NCBI GenBank assembly: GCA_945874535.1
Contig: CAMCGZ010000005.1
Location: 29,276-93,275 of the forward strand
DNA: 64,000 nucleotides
Reading direction: 5' to 3'
Source: Bdellovibrio sp. ZAP7
GTDB taxonomy: Bacteria > Bdellovibrionota > UBA1018 > CAIMNF01
Shown here one piece after another: positions 18,616 to 26,717 of this stretch. Both the position numbers and the translations under genes were made by a program. Under the pieces are notes generated by a model. It saw nothing but the letters and a program-made list of their open reading frames with translations. It was not told the origin of the DNA and ran no database searches. Positions within the stretch are counted from its first letter, which is position 1. The number at the start of each line of letters is the position of its first letter.

Positions 18616-20267
18616 TTGTCGCCGGTCCGAACCGCGGGAGCGCCTTTTCTCTGATCGAAGGTGAGAACACGATCGGACGTCAGATGGACAACCACATCGT
18701 GCTGACCTCTTCGAAAGTTTCGAAGCGGCATTGCGCTTTGTTGGTGACCACCCAGGAAGTCATCTTGAGAGACGAGGGAAGCACCAACGGCACCTTTGTG
18801 AACGGTGCGCTCGCACGGCGCCACACCATGAAACCCGGAGACAAGCTCGGAGTCGGGGAGTTCGTTCTCGAACTCGTCCGATCCGGGGTTCCAGCTCAGA
18901 TGTCCACGGGCCAAACCGGCTCGTTTCCGAATCCGCTCGACGGGGGAATGCTCCCGTCGAATCCCTTCGAACTAACGGGAGGGGCGGGCGCCCTGTCCAT
19001 TCCGGGAGCCGGGTCGGCACCCGTGCGTTCGGGACCCGCGAATCTACAGGAGGCCAAATTCGATGACCTTGCTCCCAAACAGGAGCTCCCCGAGGATCTT
19101 CCAGGAAAATTGAAGTTCCTGTTTGAAGGTAAAATCATGCCTACTTTTTACGGCATGTTGATGAAGAGCGAGTTCGGGAACCTCCTGGCCGGACTTCTCG
19201 GGATCACTCTCCTGATTTCGGTGTTCGCATCCGTCATGCCCATGGAGAACATGGCTGAGCAGGGGATCCAGCGTGAAGCGAGGATCCGGGGAACCGTATT
19301 GGCGAGGGAGGTCGCCGACCGCTACGCCCCGAATTTTGTCAATCACACCGAATCCCAGATCGACTTTTCACTCCTGACTCAGGAGGAAAGCATCAAGATC
19401 GTGGCACTTCTCAATATGGACCTCAATATTGTGGCCCCGCCGTCCCGCTTGGGACAGTTGTTCTCTGTCGGTGGTGAGGCGGCCTTTGCCCGAAAAATGA
19501 TCAAGGAATACCGGGAGGGCCGGGAAAAAGGCGGAGGAATGTTCCTCGACGCCAACACCTATGTCCACATCGAGCCCATCAAGGCTGCCGATCCGCGGAC
19601 CTACGCCAATGAGGTGGTCGCTCTGGCACTGGTGTCGATCGATTTTTCAAGGAATATGGTGACGGCGGGCGGTTTGGAAATCGCCTACGGGTCTGCGATC
19701 ATTTACACGGCGATCATCGGGTTGTTGTTCTATTTCATCTTGCTTCGACTGATCCACAAGCCCTATGAGGTCATGAACGACGACCTCGACCAGGTGCTCA
19801 GGGGTGAAATCCCCAGGGTGACCAAGGAGTTCAAGGTGGGGAACCTGGAAAAACTGTGGGACAACGTCAATGCCGCGGTTCAGAGGATGGGCAAGGGTGA
19901 GTCTTCCGGAGACGAAGGCGCGGTGATGTGGGATCAGGAATTCGCTCCGTGGCTCGCAGTCACCGAGATGGGCCAGATGGGACTCATCGGGTTTGACTCG
20001 AACCTCGTACTCATGACAGTCAATCCGTTCTTCTCAGAACTGAGCGGCATCCGGTCCGACTCCGTGGGGCAGACCCTGGGTCAAGTCGCTGATCAGGCGA
20101 TGAACTCGCTCGTAACCGAATTGAAGGCGAATGCCGAGCGCTCGGGGAACCGTACCGCAACCGACAAGTTCGAGTTTCAGGGGATCGATTATTCCGTTGT
20201 TGGGACCCTCGTCGGTCCGAAAGACCAGGCGGGTATCGCACTCCTGTTCAGAAAGAAGGAAACCTGA
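18600..20267 (+). CDS. FHA-domain membrane signalling protein (FHA - TM - extracytoplasmic domain - TM - HAMP-like - PAS-like C-terminus), no output enzyme domain
   Basis: FHA motifs IGRQ...SKRHCAL...STNGTFVNG. Hydrophobic helices LLAGLLGITLLISVFASV and IIYTAIIGLLFYFILLRLI. HAMP-like HKPYEVMNDDLDQVLRGE. GGAGG SD before the ATG. Confidence 0.8.
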   Translation: MHRLVIVAGPNRGSAFSLIEGENTIGRQMDNHIVLTSSKVSKRHCALLVTTQEVILRDEGSTNGTFVNGALARRHTMKPGDKLGVGEFVLELVRSGVPAQMSTGQTGSFPNPLDGGMLPSNPFELTGGAGALSIPGAGSAPVRSGPANLQEAKFDDLAPKQELPEDLPGKLKFLFEGKIMPTFYGMLMKSEFGNLLAGLLGITLLISVFASVMPMENMAEQGIQREARIRGTVLAREVADRYAPNFVNHTESQIDFSLLTQEESIKIVALLNMDLNIVAPPSRLGQLFSVGGEAAFARKMIKEYREGREKGGGMFLDANTYVHIEPIKAADPRTYANEVVALALVSIDFSRNMVTAGGLEIAYGSAIIYTAIIGLLFYFILLRLIHKPYEVMNDDLDQVLRGEIPRVTKEFKVGNLEKLWDNVNAAVQRMGKGESSGDEGAVMWDQEFAPWLAVTEMGQMGLIGFDSNLVLMTVNPFFSELSGIRSDSVGQTLGQVADQAMNSLVTELKANAERSGNRTATDKFEFQGIDYSVVGTLVGPKDQAGIALLFRKKET

Positions 20268-20270
20268 TCC

Positions 20271-21326
20271 ATGATTCGTGACAAGGTCTTCCGATTCAAC
20301 AAGGCCGAGGTTCCCCGCCAAGCGGGTGAATTCGCGCGCTTGCGGGTCATCAAGGGCCCCGATGTCGGAGCGACTTTTGTAGTCAAGGAGTCCACCTTCA
20401 CTGTCGGTCGGGGTGAGACCGTGGACATCATTCTGGCCGATCCTAAGTCTTCAAGAAGTCATGCCCGGATCGAATTCACCTACGAGGGATGGCTCGTGAG
20501 TGATCTCGGTTCGGCGAACGGTATCTTTTATTCCGGTGAGTTCGTTCGAAAGTTCAAGATCAAAAGCGGAGACCACTTCACCGTCGGTGACAGTGTCCTC
20601 GAGTTCCTGATGAGCCGGGAGTCCGATCGTGCCTTGATGGCCCCGGTCAAAGAAAACCGGGATGTCGAACGTCTCGATGTTGCGCTTGCCCAGCAGAAGG
20701 TCAAGGTCAAGAATATCTCCAGGCCCGTGGCCGGAGTTCAGAAGAAGAAGCAAGAAAAGCGGAGTCCTCTTCTTTTGGTGGCGATTCTCCTCGGTGTTGC
20801 AGGGTATGTCTATCCGGACGAGGCCCGGCCGCTGCTTGAGGAGCTCGGACTCGGCATGATTGCCGACTTTCTTCCTGAGACCCCGAAATCAAAGATCGGG
20901 AAAGCCAAAAAGGCAGGCAAAGACTCCGAGAAAAAAGACAATGAGGTCCGGGATGTCGCGTCGCTCGCTCCTCCGAGCGTGACCCGTGAGGTGGAGAGGA
21001 CGGCAGATCAGCACTTCGCACTCGGGTTCCGCGAGTATACTGCGGGGAACTATTTGCGTGCCAAGGAGGCATTCGAGCTGGCGCTCCAGGTCAATCCGCA
21101 CCACGGGCGGGCCCGGTATTATCTGATGCATGCAGATCATGAGAATCGCGAGGAGATCCGGAAGATCGTCGATTCCGCGCGGATTGCGAAGGAGTTCGGA
21201 CGTACGCGTAAGGCGATCGGATTGTATGAGACTGCGATCCGTCACCTGTATTATGATCGTGAGAATCCTTTGTATGTCGAATGTGAGGCGGCTTTGAAAG
21301 ATCTGAAGAAAGTGGAGGCACAATGA
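20271..21326 (+). CDS. FHA-domain protein with one TM helix and C-terminal TPR-like repeats
   Basis: FHA motifs VGRGE...SRSHARI...SANGIFYSG. TM helix LLLVAILLGVAGYVY. TPR-like FREYTAGNYLRAKEAFELALQVNPHH. Confidence 0.8.
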   Translation: MIRDKVFRFNKAEVPRQAGEFARLRVIKGPDVGATFVVKESTFTVGRGETVDIILADPKSSRSHARIEFTYEGWLVSDLGSANGIFYSGEFVRKFKIKSGDHFTVGDSVLEFLMSRESDRALMAPVKENRDVERLDVALAQQKVKVKNISRPVAGVQKKKQEKRSPLLLVAILLGVAGYVYPDEARPLLEELGLGMIADFLPETPKSKIGKAKKAGKDSEKKDNEVRDVASLAPPSVTREVERTADQHFALGFREYTAGNYLRAKEAFELALQVNPHHGRARYYLMHADHENREEIRKIVDSARIAKEFGRTRKAIGLYETAIRHLYYDRENPLYVECEAALKDLKKVEAQ

Positions 21327-23572
21327 GCGGATCATTGCGTCTCGAAGTTTTTCAGAACGGCGAGCTCCTCCGGACCATTCCATTCGATGGCCAGGAACTT
21401 TGGTTCGGCAGGGACGAGGAGTGCATGATCCGCCTTGATGATCGGGCGATCTCCCGCAAGCATGCGCTGATCCGATCCACTTCAAACGGAATCGAGTTCG
21501 AGAAGAAGTCCAAGTTCGGGATGGCGCGACTCAACGGAAAAGAGACCGATCACGCTCTGATACAGGGGGGTGAGCGGCTCGAACTCGGGTCATTTGAAAT
21601 CCGTTTTGTGAAAGAGGGGACCGGTCAGACCAAAGCGGTTCAGGAGGTTCAAACCACTTCACCGGCGTTGATGACAGAACCTGCGATCACCGAAACTGCT
21701 CTCCCCGAAGGGGAAGGACTGGATTCCGCAACGCCGGAAGAAAACCCGTTCGGTAGCGCTTCGCCGGAAGGAGAAGCCTTCTCCTCCGGGGCGGGGGACC
21801 CGTTCCAGACACCGGAACAAGGGCCGGCATCGTCAGGGGCTACCCGGAGCTTCGATTTCGGCGAAGTCGATCAGGATGGCGCCACCCGGGTGTTCAAGAG
21901 CCCTTCGCGATCCATGAAACCGATTCTGGAGTTCGGTGACGGAACCGCGAGTATGGGGTTCTACGAGATCGTGGACGCTGAGATCGCGATCGGACGATCC
22001 CAGAAATGCCATGTGGTCCTTGAGGACAAACGTTCTTCAAGGAAGCATGCGATCATCCTCCAGAGAAGTGAGAAGTATTTTTTGAAAGATCTCGGTTCCG
22101 CGAACGGAACCCTCCTGAACGGTGAGCGGGTCGGCGAACAGGAGTTGCATAGCGGAGATATCATCCGGATCGGGGATACCCAGTTCACCTTCAAAATGGT
22201 GCAGAGCGACTACGAGCAGAAAAAATCGGAGTTTTTCCAGGTTCCCCAAGAGCCAGAATCGCCTGTCATGGCTGATGGATTTCCGGCTTCGGTGGCGCAC
22301 GCCCCCCTGACCGCGATGCCTGCTCCCGCAATGGGAGGAGGGTTCCCAGCATATACCCAGGAACTGCTCCAGTCCGGCCCCGAGATCGCCGAACCGGTCG
22401 CACCTGACTTCACGGTTCCGGAAGAGGAGACCCAGACTTTCCTTGGCCGGCTGATCCAGCGTTACCGGATGCTGAACACCAAACAGCAGGTGATTTACGG
22501 TCTGGTGGTGCTGGCAGGGATCTATTTCATTTTTGATGAGCCGCCGGCCCCGGTCAATGCGGTCGACCCCGTGGCAGAACAGAAAAAAGCTTTGAAAAAG
22601 GCCGAGAAAAAGCCGGGAGGCGGCGTCACCTACGAGATGCTGACCAAGGATCAGAAGGATTACGTCGACGCCCAGTACGATCTCGCTTTCGAACACTACA
22701 AGAATCGCGATTACGATAAGTCCCTCTTCGAGCTCGATAAGATCTTCAAGATCGTTCAGGATCACAAACGTGCCCGCGAGATCGAAACCTATGCCAGAGA
22801 GGCCAAGCGGAGGCTGGAGGCGCAGGAAGAAGATCGGAAGCGAAAGGAACAGGAGCGCCAGTCCCGCCTGAAGCTGGAAGAGCTGTTGAGTCGATCCGGA
22901 AGTTTGATGGAGGAAGGGAAGTACGGCGAGGCGGAAGAATTGTTCCCCGAGATCGAGATTCTCGAGCCCGAGAACGCAGCAGTTTCGGCCTGGAGGAAGA
23001 AAATCCTCGAAGAAAGCGAGAAACTCAAAGTCGTGGAGGAGAACCGGAAGCGTCTGGCCGCCGTTCTTTCGAAGGCCAAGGCGGATGTCGAGGCAGCTGA
23101 GGACTTTTTCAAAGATAAGCGGTATGTCGATGCGCTCGAGATTCTGGACGATGTCGTGGAACGGACGGATCTCGATGCAAAATATTCAAAGCAGGTCGAA
23201 ACCCGGATCAAGGATATCGAAAAAGTGATGGCATCCGAGCGAGATCCGCATATCGAAAGTGGAAAGCGTTTCGAGGCCGATGGCAAGCTCGGAGAGGCTC
23301 ATAAAGAGTACAAAGCGGCCATCGCCATTGACCCGTCCGACAGCGAGGGTCCTGCAGGGATCAAGAGGATTCAAGGCCAATTGAATTCGATGGCGAAGGC
23401 CATCTATTCCGACGGGGTGATTGCCGAAGGGTTCGGGGATTATGATGTCGCCGAGAAAAAATACCGCGAGGTGATCGATACCGTCCCGGCAGATAATTCC
23501 TACCACGTCAAAGCGAAGGCCCGATTGAAGGTTTTCTCCACCTTGCGCAAGGCGCAGGAGGGCGGGCGATGA
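21323..23572 (+). CDS. Tandem-FHA membrane protein with long coiled-coil/TPR C-terminal region
   Basis: Two FHA domains: FGRDEE...SRKHALI...RLNG and IGRSQK...SRKHAII...SANGTLLNG. TM helix VIYGLVVLAGIYFIF. Charged coiled-coil segment (EAKRRLEAQEEDRKRKEQERQ) and TPR-like repeats. ATGA overlap with the previous gene. Confidence 0.8.
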   Translation: MSGSLRLEVFQNGELLRTIPFDGQELWFGRDEECMIRLDDRAISRKHALIRSTSNGIEFEKKSKFGMARLNGKETDHALIQGGERLELGSFEIRFVKEGTGQTKAVQEVQTTSPALMTEPAITETALPEGEGLDSATPEENPFGSASPEGEAFSSGAGDPFQTPEQGPASSGATRSFDFGEVDQDGATRVFKSPSRSMKPILEFGDGTASMGFYEIVDAEIAIGRSQKCHVVLEDKRSSRKHAIILQRSEKYFLKDLGSANGTLLNGERVGEQELHSGDIIRIGDTQFTFKMVQSDYEQKKSEFFQVPQEPESPVMADGFPASVAHAPLTAMPAPAMGGGFPAYTQELLQSGPEIAEPVAPDFTVPEEETQTFLGRLIQRYRMLNTKQQVIYGLVVLAGIYFIFDEPPAPVNAVDPVAEQKKALKKAEKKPGGGVTYEMLTKDQKDYVDAQYDLAFEHYKNRDYDKSLFELDKIFKIVQDHKRAREIETYAREAKRRLEAQEEDRKRKEQERQSRLKLEELLSRSGSLMEEGKYGEAEELFPEIEILEPENAAVSAWRKKILEESEKLKVVEENRKRLAAVLSKAKADVEAAEDFFKDKRYVDALEILDDVVERTDLDAKYSKQVETRIKDIEKVMASERDPHIESGKRFEADGKLGEAHKEYKAAIAIDPSDSEGPAGIKRIQGQLNSMAKAIYSDGVIAEGFGDYDVAEKKYREVIDTVPADNSYHVKAKARLKVFSTLRKAQEGGR

Positions 23573-24297
23573 GTACGGCGAATCGTTCTCGACTTCCCTT
23601 GCGGTTTGCCGAGGGCTTCCAGATCCAGGGGGATGCCCCGGTTCAGGAGGATTATTTTGAACTCAATCCCGATAGGGGGATTTACATTCTGGCGGACGGG
23701 TTCGGTGGGAGCCTCGGTGCCCGGGTTGCAGAGACCGTGGTGAAATCCATGCGTCAGTATCTCGAGCATGAGGCCGGGGATCTCGATGCGACCATGCCTT
23801 TTGAACTCAGGCCCTATTTTTCGCTCGCTGGAAATGTTTTGTTCAATGCGGTCGCCTTTGCCAATCAAAAGATCCTCGAGATCAACCGAGGCAGGAACTG
23901 GCAGGACTCCGGTGGGGCAAGCGTGGTCGCGGGCTATCTGGAAGGAAGGTTGCTTTCAGTGGCAAGGGTCGGTGCCTGTCGCTTGCGGCTCAAACGAGCC
24001 GAGCAGCTGAAAGAGCTCATTCCGGCCAGGAGTCTGCTCAGGCAAACCGACCCGATGAGCGAAGAAGGACCGGGTGATGCCGTGCCGCTCATGAGTTTCG
24101 GTACGGCACGCTCCCTTGAACCGGAAATGACCGAGCTCGAGCTCAGGACCGGAGATCAGGTGTTTTTTGAAACGGGTGGGGTGCGTCAGGTCTGGCGTCA
24201 GAAAATTCACGCTATCAATGATCCCCATGGACTGAAAGACGTATTGGAATCCTCGAATTCTCCTGGAAATGCGTCGATGATTTGGCTTGGCTTTTAA
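23569..24297 (+). CDS. PP2C-family Ser/Thr protein phosphatase (short, single domain)
   Basis: ILADGFGG metal-binding motif, GGASVVAGYL...VGACRL, 242 aa. ATGA overlap with the upstream FHA gene. Confidence 0.75.
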   Translation: MSTANRSRLPLRFAEGFQIQGDAPVQEDYFELNPDRGIYILADGFGGSLGARVAETVVKSMRQYLEHEAGDLDATMPFELRPYFSLAGNVLFNAVAFANQKILEINRGRNWQDSGGASVVAGYLEGRLLSVARVGACRLRLKRAEQLKELIPARSLLRQTDPMSEEGPGDAVPLMSFGTARSLEPEMTELELRTGDQVFFETGGVRQVWRQKIHAINDPHGLKDVLESSNSPGNASMIWLGF

Positions 24298-24306
24298 TTA
24301 TACGAG

Positions 24307-24339
24307 CCCTGTGTAACAATCTACACAGGGGGCCCTGTG
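24307..24339 (+). promoter_or_regulatory. Perfect 9-bp inverted repeat plus third complementary copy, covering the SD and GTG start of the first flp pilin gene
   Basis: The main repeat is CCCTGTGTA (24307-24315), loop ACAATC, TACACAGGG (24322-24330). CCCTGTG recurs at 24333-24339 and includes the GTG start at 24337. The AGGGGG SD lies in the 3' arm. Confidence 0.55.
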
Positions 24340-24528
24340 AGCCAGAAACGGAAATCCGGACAAGCGGTGATCGAATATATCCTGCTCCTGAGCATGGTCG
24401 TCGGGATCATGGTGGCGTTTTTGCGCACATTGAACGGGTCATTCGACAAGGCGGTGCCGAGAATGGGTGGCACCATTGAGCGCCAGCTCCGGACAGGCGC
24501 AGCCTCTGCGGGAGTGTGGCGAAAGTGA
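24337..24528 (+). CDS. flp: Flp/Fap-family type IVb pilin
   Basis: 63 aa. Class III leader with Flp processing motif SG/QAVIEYILLLSMVV (G/XXXXEY followed by a hydrophobic helix). Confidence 0.8.
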   Translation: MSQKRKSGQAVIEYILLLSMVVGIMVAFLRTLNGSFDKAVPRMGGTIERQLRTGAASAGVWRK

Positions 24529-24803
24529 TACGGAACGACCGGGGACAGGCCGTGGTCGAGTACATCATTCTCCTGGCGATTCTCGTCGGGCTTTATGGTG
24601 CGGTGATCCGACAGCTGAGTGAGCGGGATATTTTCCAGAAAATGCAAAAGCCCCTCACCCAGGATTTCGCCGCCACCTACCGCTACGGGCATCCGAAAGC
24701 CAAGGGAATGGACGATGGCGGACCAGTCAATATTCCAACAGTTCAGAGCAAGGGATACGACGACCAGAACTTCAGGATTTTTTACAATCCGACGATAGAG
24801 TGA
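24516..24803 (+). CDS. flp: Flp-family pilin, second paralogue (longer C-terminus)
   Basis: RG/QAVVEYIILLAILVGL motif. GTG 24516 or GTG 24525; the latter gives a GTGA overlap with the flp-1 stop. Confidence 0.75.
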   Translation: MAKVIRNDRGQAVVEYIILLAILVGLYGAVIRQLSERDIFQKMQKPLTQDFAATYRYGHPKAKGMDDGGPVNIPTVQSKGYDDQNFRIFYNPTIE

Positions 24804-25345
24804 ATGAGATGGTGTTTGAAAATATTGAGAAAAACAACGGAGGACAGGCGGTGATCGAGTTCATTCTCGGGCTCTTGATCGTCATCTCTTTCTTTTTCTT
24901 TTACGTTCGCCTGAGCGCTGTGTTCGCCATTTCAAACTACATTCAATATGCCACATTCATGTCCGCCCGGACTCTAGCCTCTTCAGCCAAAGATCAGATG
25001 GTGCAGGAGGAGAACGCAAAGCAGGTTCTCCAGTCCATGGTGAGTGGGAAGTTCAAGGGCCTCATCAAACCGAAGTCAGGTGATGGGATCTTTGTGGGCG
25101 ATGGAAACTACTTCAGCAGCCTCGGACCCATCGAAGAATGGAATCACGGAGCCTCTTACCAGTTTTCAGCCAAGCTCTCATTCTACCCCTTCAGCGCGAA
25201 CGACCAGGCGGTGATGCTCGACCTCACCAGCGAGAGCTGGATGCCCCGTGAACGCAGTGAGGATGAGTGTCTGAAGGCGAAGTCGAAGATCGAGTCCATG
25301 ACCGGCGTTCAAAACGTGAAAGTGGAGTGGGACAATGGATGCTGA
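24800..25345 (+). CDS. TadE-like pseudopilin
   Basis: N-terminal GG/QAVIEFILGLLIVISFFFF leader-helix of TadE/TadF type, ~180 aa. Start is GTG 24800 (GTGA overlap) or ATG 24809. Confidence 0.7.
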   Translation: MNEMVFENIEKNNGGQAVIEFILGLLIVISFFFFYVRLSAVFAISNYIQYATFMSARTLASSAKDQMVQEENAKQVLQSMVSGKFKGLIKPKSGDGIFVGDGNYFSSLGPIEEWNHGASYQFSAKLSFYPFSANDQAVMLDLTSESWMPRERSEDECLKAKSKIESMTGVQNVKVEWDNGC

Positions 25346-25859
25346 TGAAGGGCAGAGCATACTTGAAGTCATCCTGTTTCTTCCCTTCCTTTTCATTCTG
25401 GTGGGGTTGCTGATCAAGATGAATACCGGCATCCAGATGGCGATCAATAACGCACGTTACGCCAGAGCCCAGCTTTTTGTACTGACCAACAATTCACCGG
25501 AATATCCCCGTCTGCAACTCCGGAAGAATCGACTCGTGAAAAATGCCCATGACATGTTGGTGGTAGGGGTTTCGGACCCTCTGGCGATCGAGGAAGCGGC
25601 TTCGGATGGAGATATGCCTGCCATTCCGCAGATCCAGTCGATCGGCAATAAGAAAGCAAAAGGAAGCAATGAGCGCGGCGAGGTGAAGTCCCGGACCGAC
25701 ATCCGGATCAGGGGGACTGCTACGATCTGCACTCAGAGTAATTCGGTGACCAAAGGGACACCTATCGACTCGCTTCAAATCACGGCCTTGGCGAACCAGC
25801 GCTGGCCGTTCGGGAAAATGGCCTGTCAGTATGACGGGTCCTGGATCGGAGATCAGTGA
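25335..25859 (+). CDS. TadE/TadG-like pseudopilin, second copy
   Basis: N-terminal EG/QSILEVILFLPFLFILVGLL. 174 aa. Overlaps neighbours at both ends. Confidence 0.65.
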   Translation: MDADEGQSILEVILFLPFLFILVGLLIKMNTGIQMAINNARYARAQLFVLTNNSPEYPRLQLRKNRLVKNAHDMLVVGVSDPLAIEEAASDGDMPAIPQIQSIGNKKAKGSNERGEVKSRTDIRIRGTATICTQSNSVTKGTPIDSLQITALANQRWPFGKMACQYDGSWIGDQ

Positions 25860-26716
25860 TGAATAGCAGGGCAATGACATTATCATTGGTGATGGCGGGT
25901 ATCGCCGTTTTCTTCGTGATGAGCTCCGTCTCGAGTATCGAGCAGAGTGCCACCATGAAATACGGAGACGAGGTGACTGTCCTGGTTGCCAAGCAGGATA
26001 TCCGGGAGATGGCCACCATTCTGGACGGCATGGTTGAAGCCAAGTCCGTGCCGAGGAACTTTATCGAGCCGACCGCGGTCAAGTTCGACGGCAAGCTCGA
26101 CGTAGAATCGGTCGAGGGCGCCAAATCCTATTCCATACAATCCAAAAGAATCGTGGGTAATGTTGCGATCGTGGCGATCAAGAAAGGAGAGCAGCTGACG
26201 CTGAACAAAATCACCGAACCGAGCATGCGGACCGGCCTCGCTCCCCAGGTGACTCCGGGTAAACGCGCCATCGCCGTGCCCATCGACGAATCGACCAGTG
26301 TCGCGAAGCTGGTGAAGCCGGGAGACCGCGTGGATGTGATCGCGGTGGTCCAATCGATGGGGGTCGGTGGTCGTGAAGTCAAGACCGCGAAGACGGTGTT
26401 TCAGGATGTCGTGATTCTCGCCGTGGGCCGCTCCATTGCGAACAATGTGGCCCGCCGGGTGGACGTCGATATGGGCGGAACAGCCCGCGTCCGTTCCTTG
26501 ACCGAGTACGACGGCTACAGTTCGGTGACTCTCGAACTCGATCCGGTGCAAGCCCAATTGGTGGCTGCCATCTACACAGATAACTCCAACAAGCTGATTC
26601 TCTCGCTCCGGAATAATGATGATGCCGATCGGGTGGCCATCAGTGCGCCATCCCGTGCGACCGATGTGCTGTCCGATAGTCAGCGTTTGCCGGCGAGTGG
26701 TGGAGGTCTAAAGTGA
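25856..26716 (+). CDS. cpaB: Flp pilus assembly protein CpaB/RcpC
   Basis: N-terminal TM anchor. A SAF-like segment is followed by an RcpC-like beta-rich region (RAIAVPIDESTSVAKLVKPGDRVDVIAV). Sits directly before the secretin gene. Confidence 0.75.
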   Translation: MMNSRAMTLSLVMAGIAVFFVMSSVSSIEQSATMKYGDEVTVLVAKQDIREMATILDGMVEAKSVPRNFIEPTAVKFDGKLDVESVEGAKSYSIQSKRIVGNVAIVAIKKGEQLTLNKITEPSMRTGLAPQVTPGKRAIAVPIDESTSVAKLVKPGDRVDVIAVVQSMGVGGREVKTAKTVFQDVVILAVGRSIANNVARRVDVDMGGTARVRSLTEYDGYSSVTLELDPVQAQLVAAIYTDNSNKLILSLRNNDDADRVAISAPSRATDVLSDSQRLPASGGGLK

Positions 26717-26717
26717 T

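Noticed and set aside
25883-26557. 224-aa minus-strand ORF within cpaB. Similar long antisense ORFs occur at 12040-12801, 22037-22765, 33694-34413, 35023-35685, 36558-37187, 46671-47378, 59106-59894 and 62373-63008.
   Set aside because: Each lies opposite a gene with strong family evidence and within a tightly coupled operon on the other strand. The products are His/Arg/Gly/Asp-rich and lack motifs.
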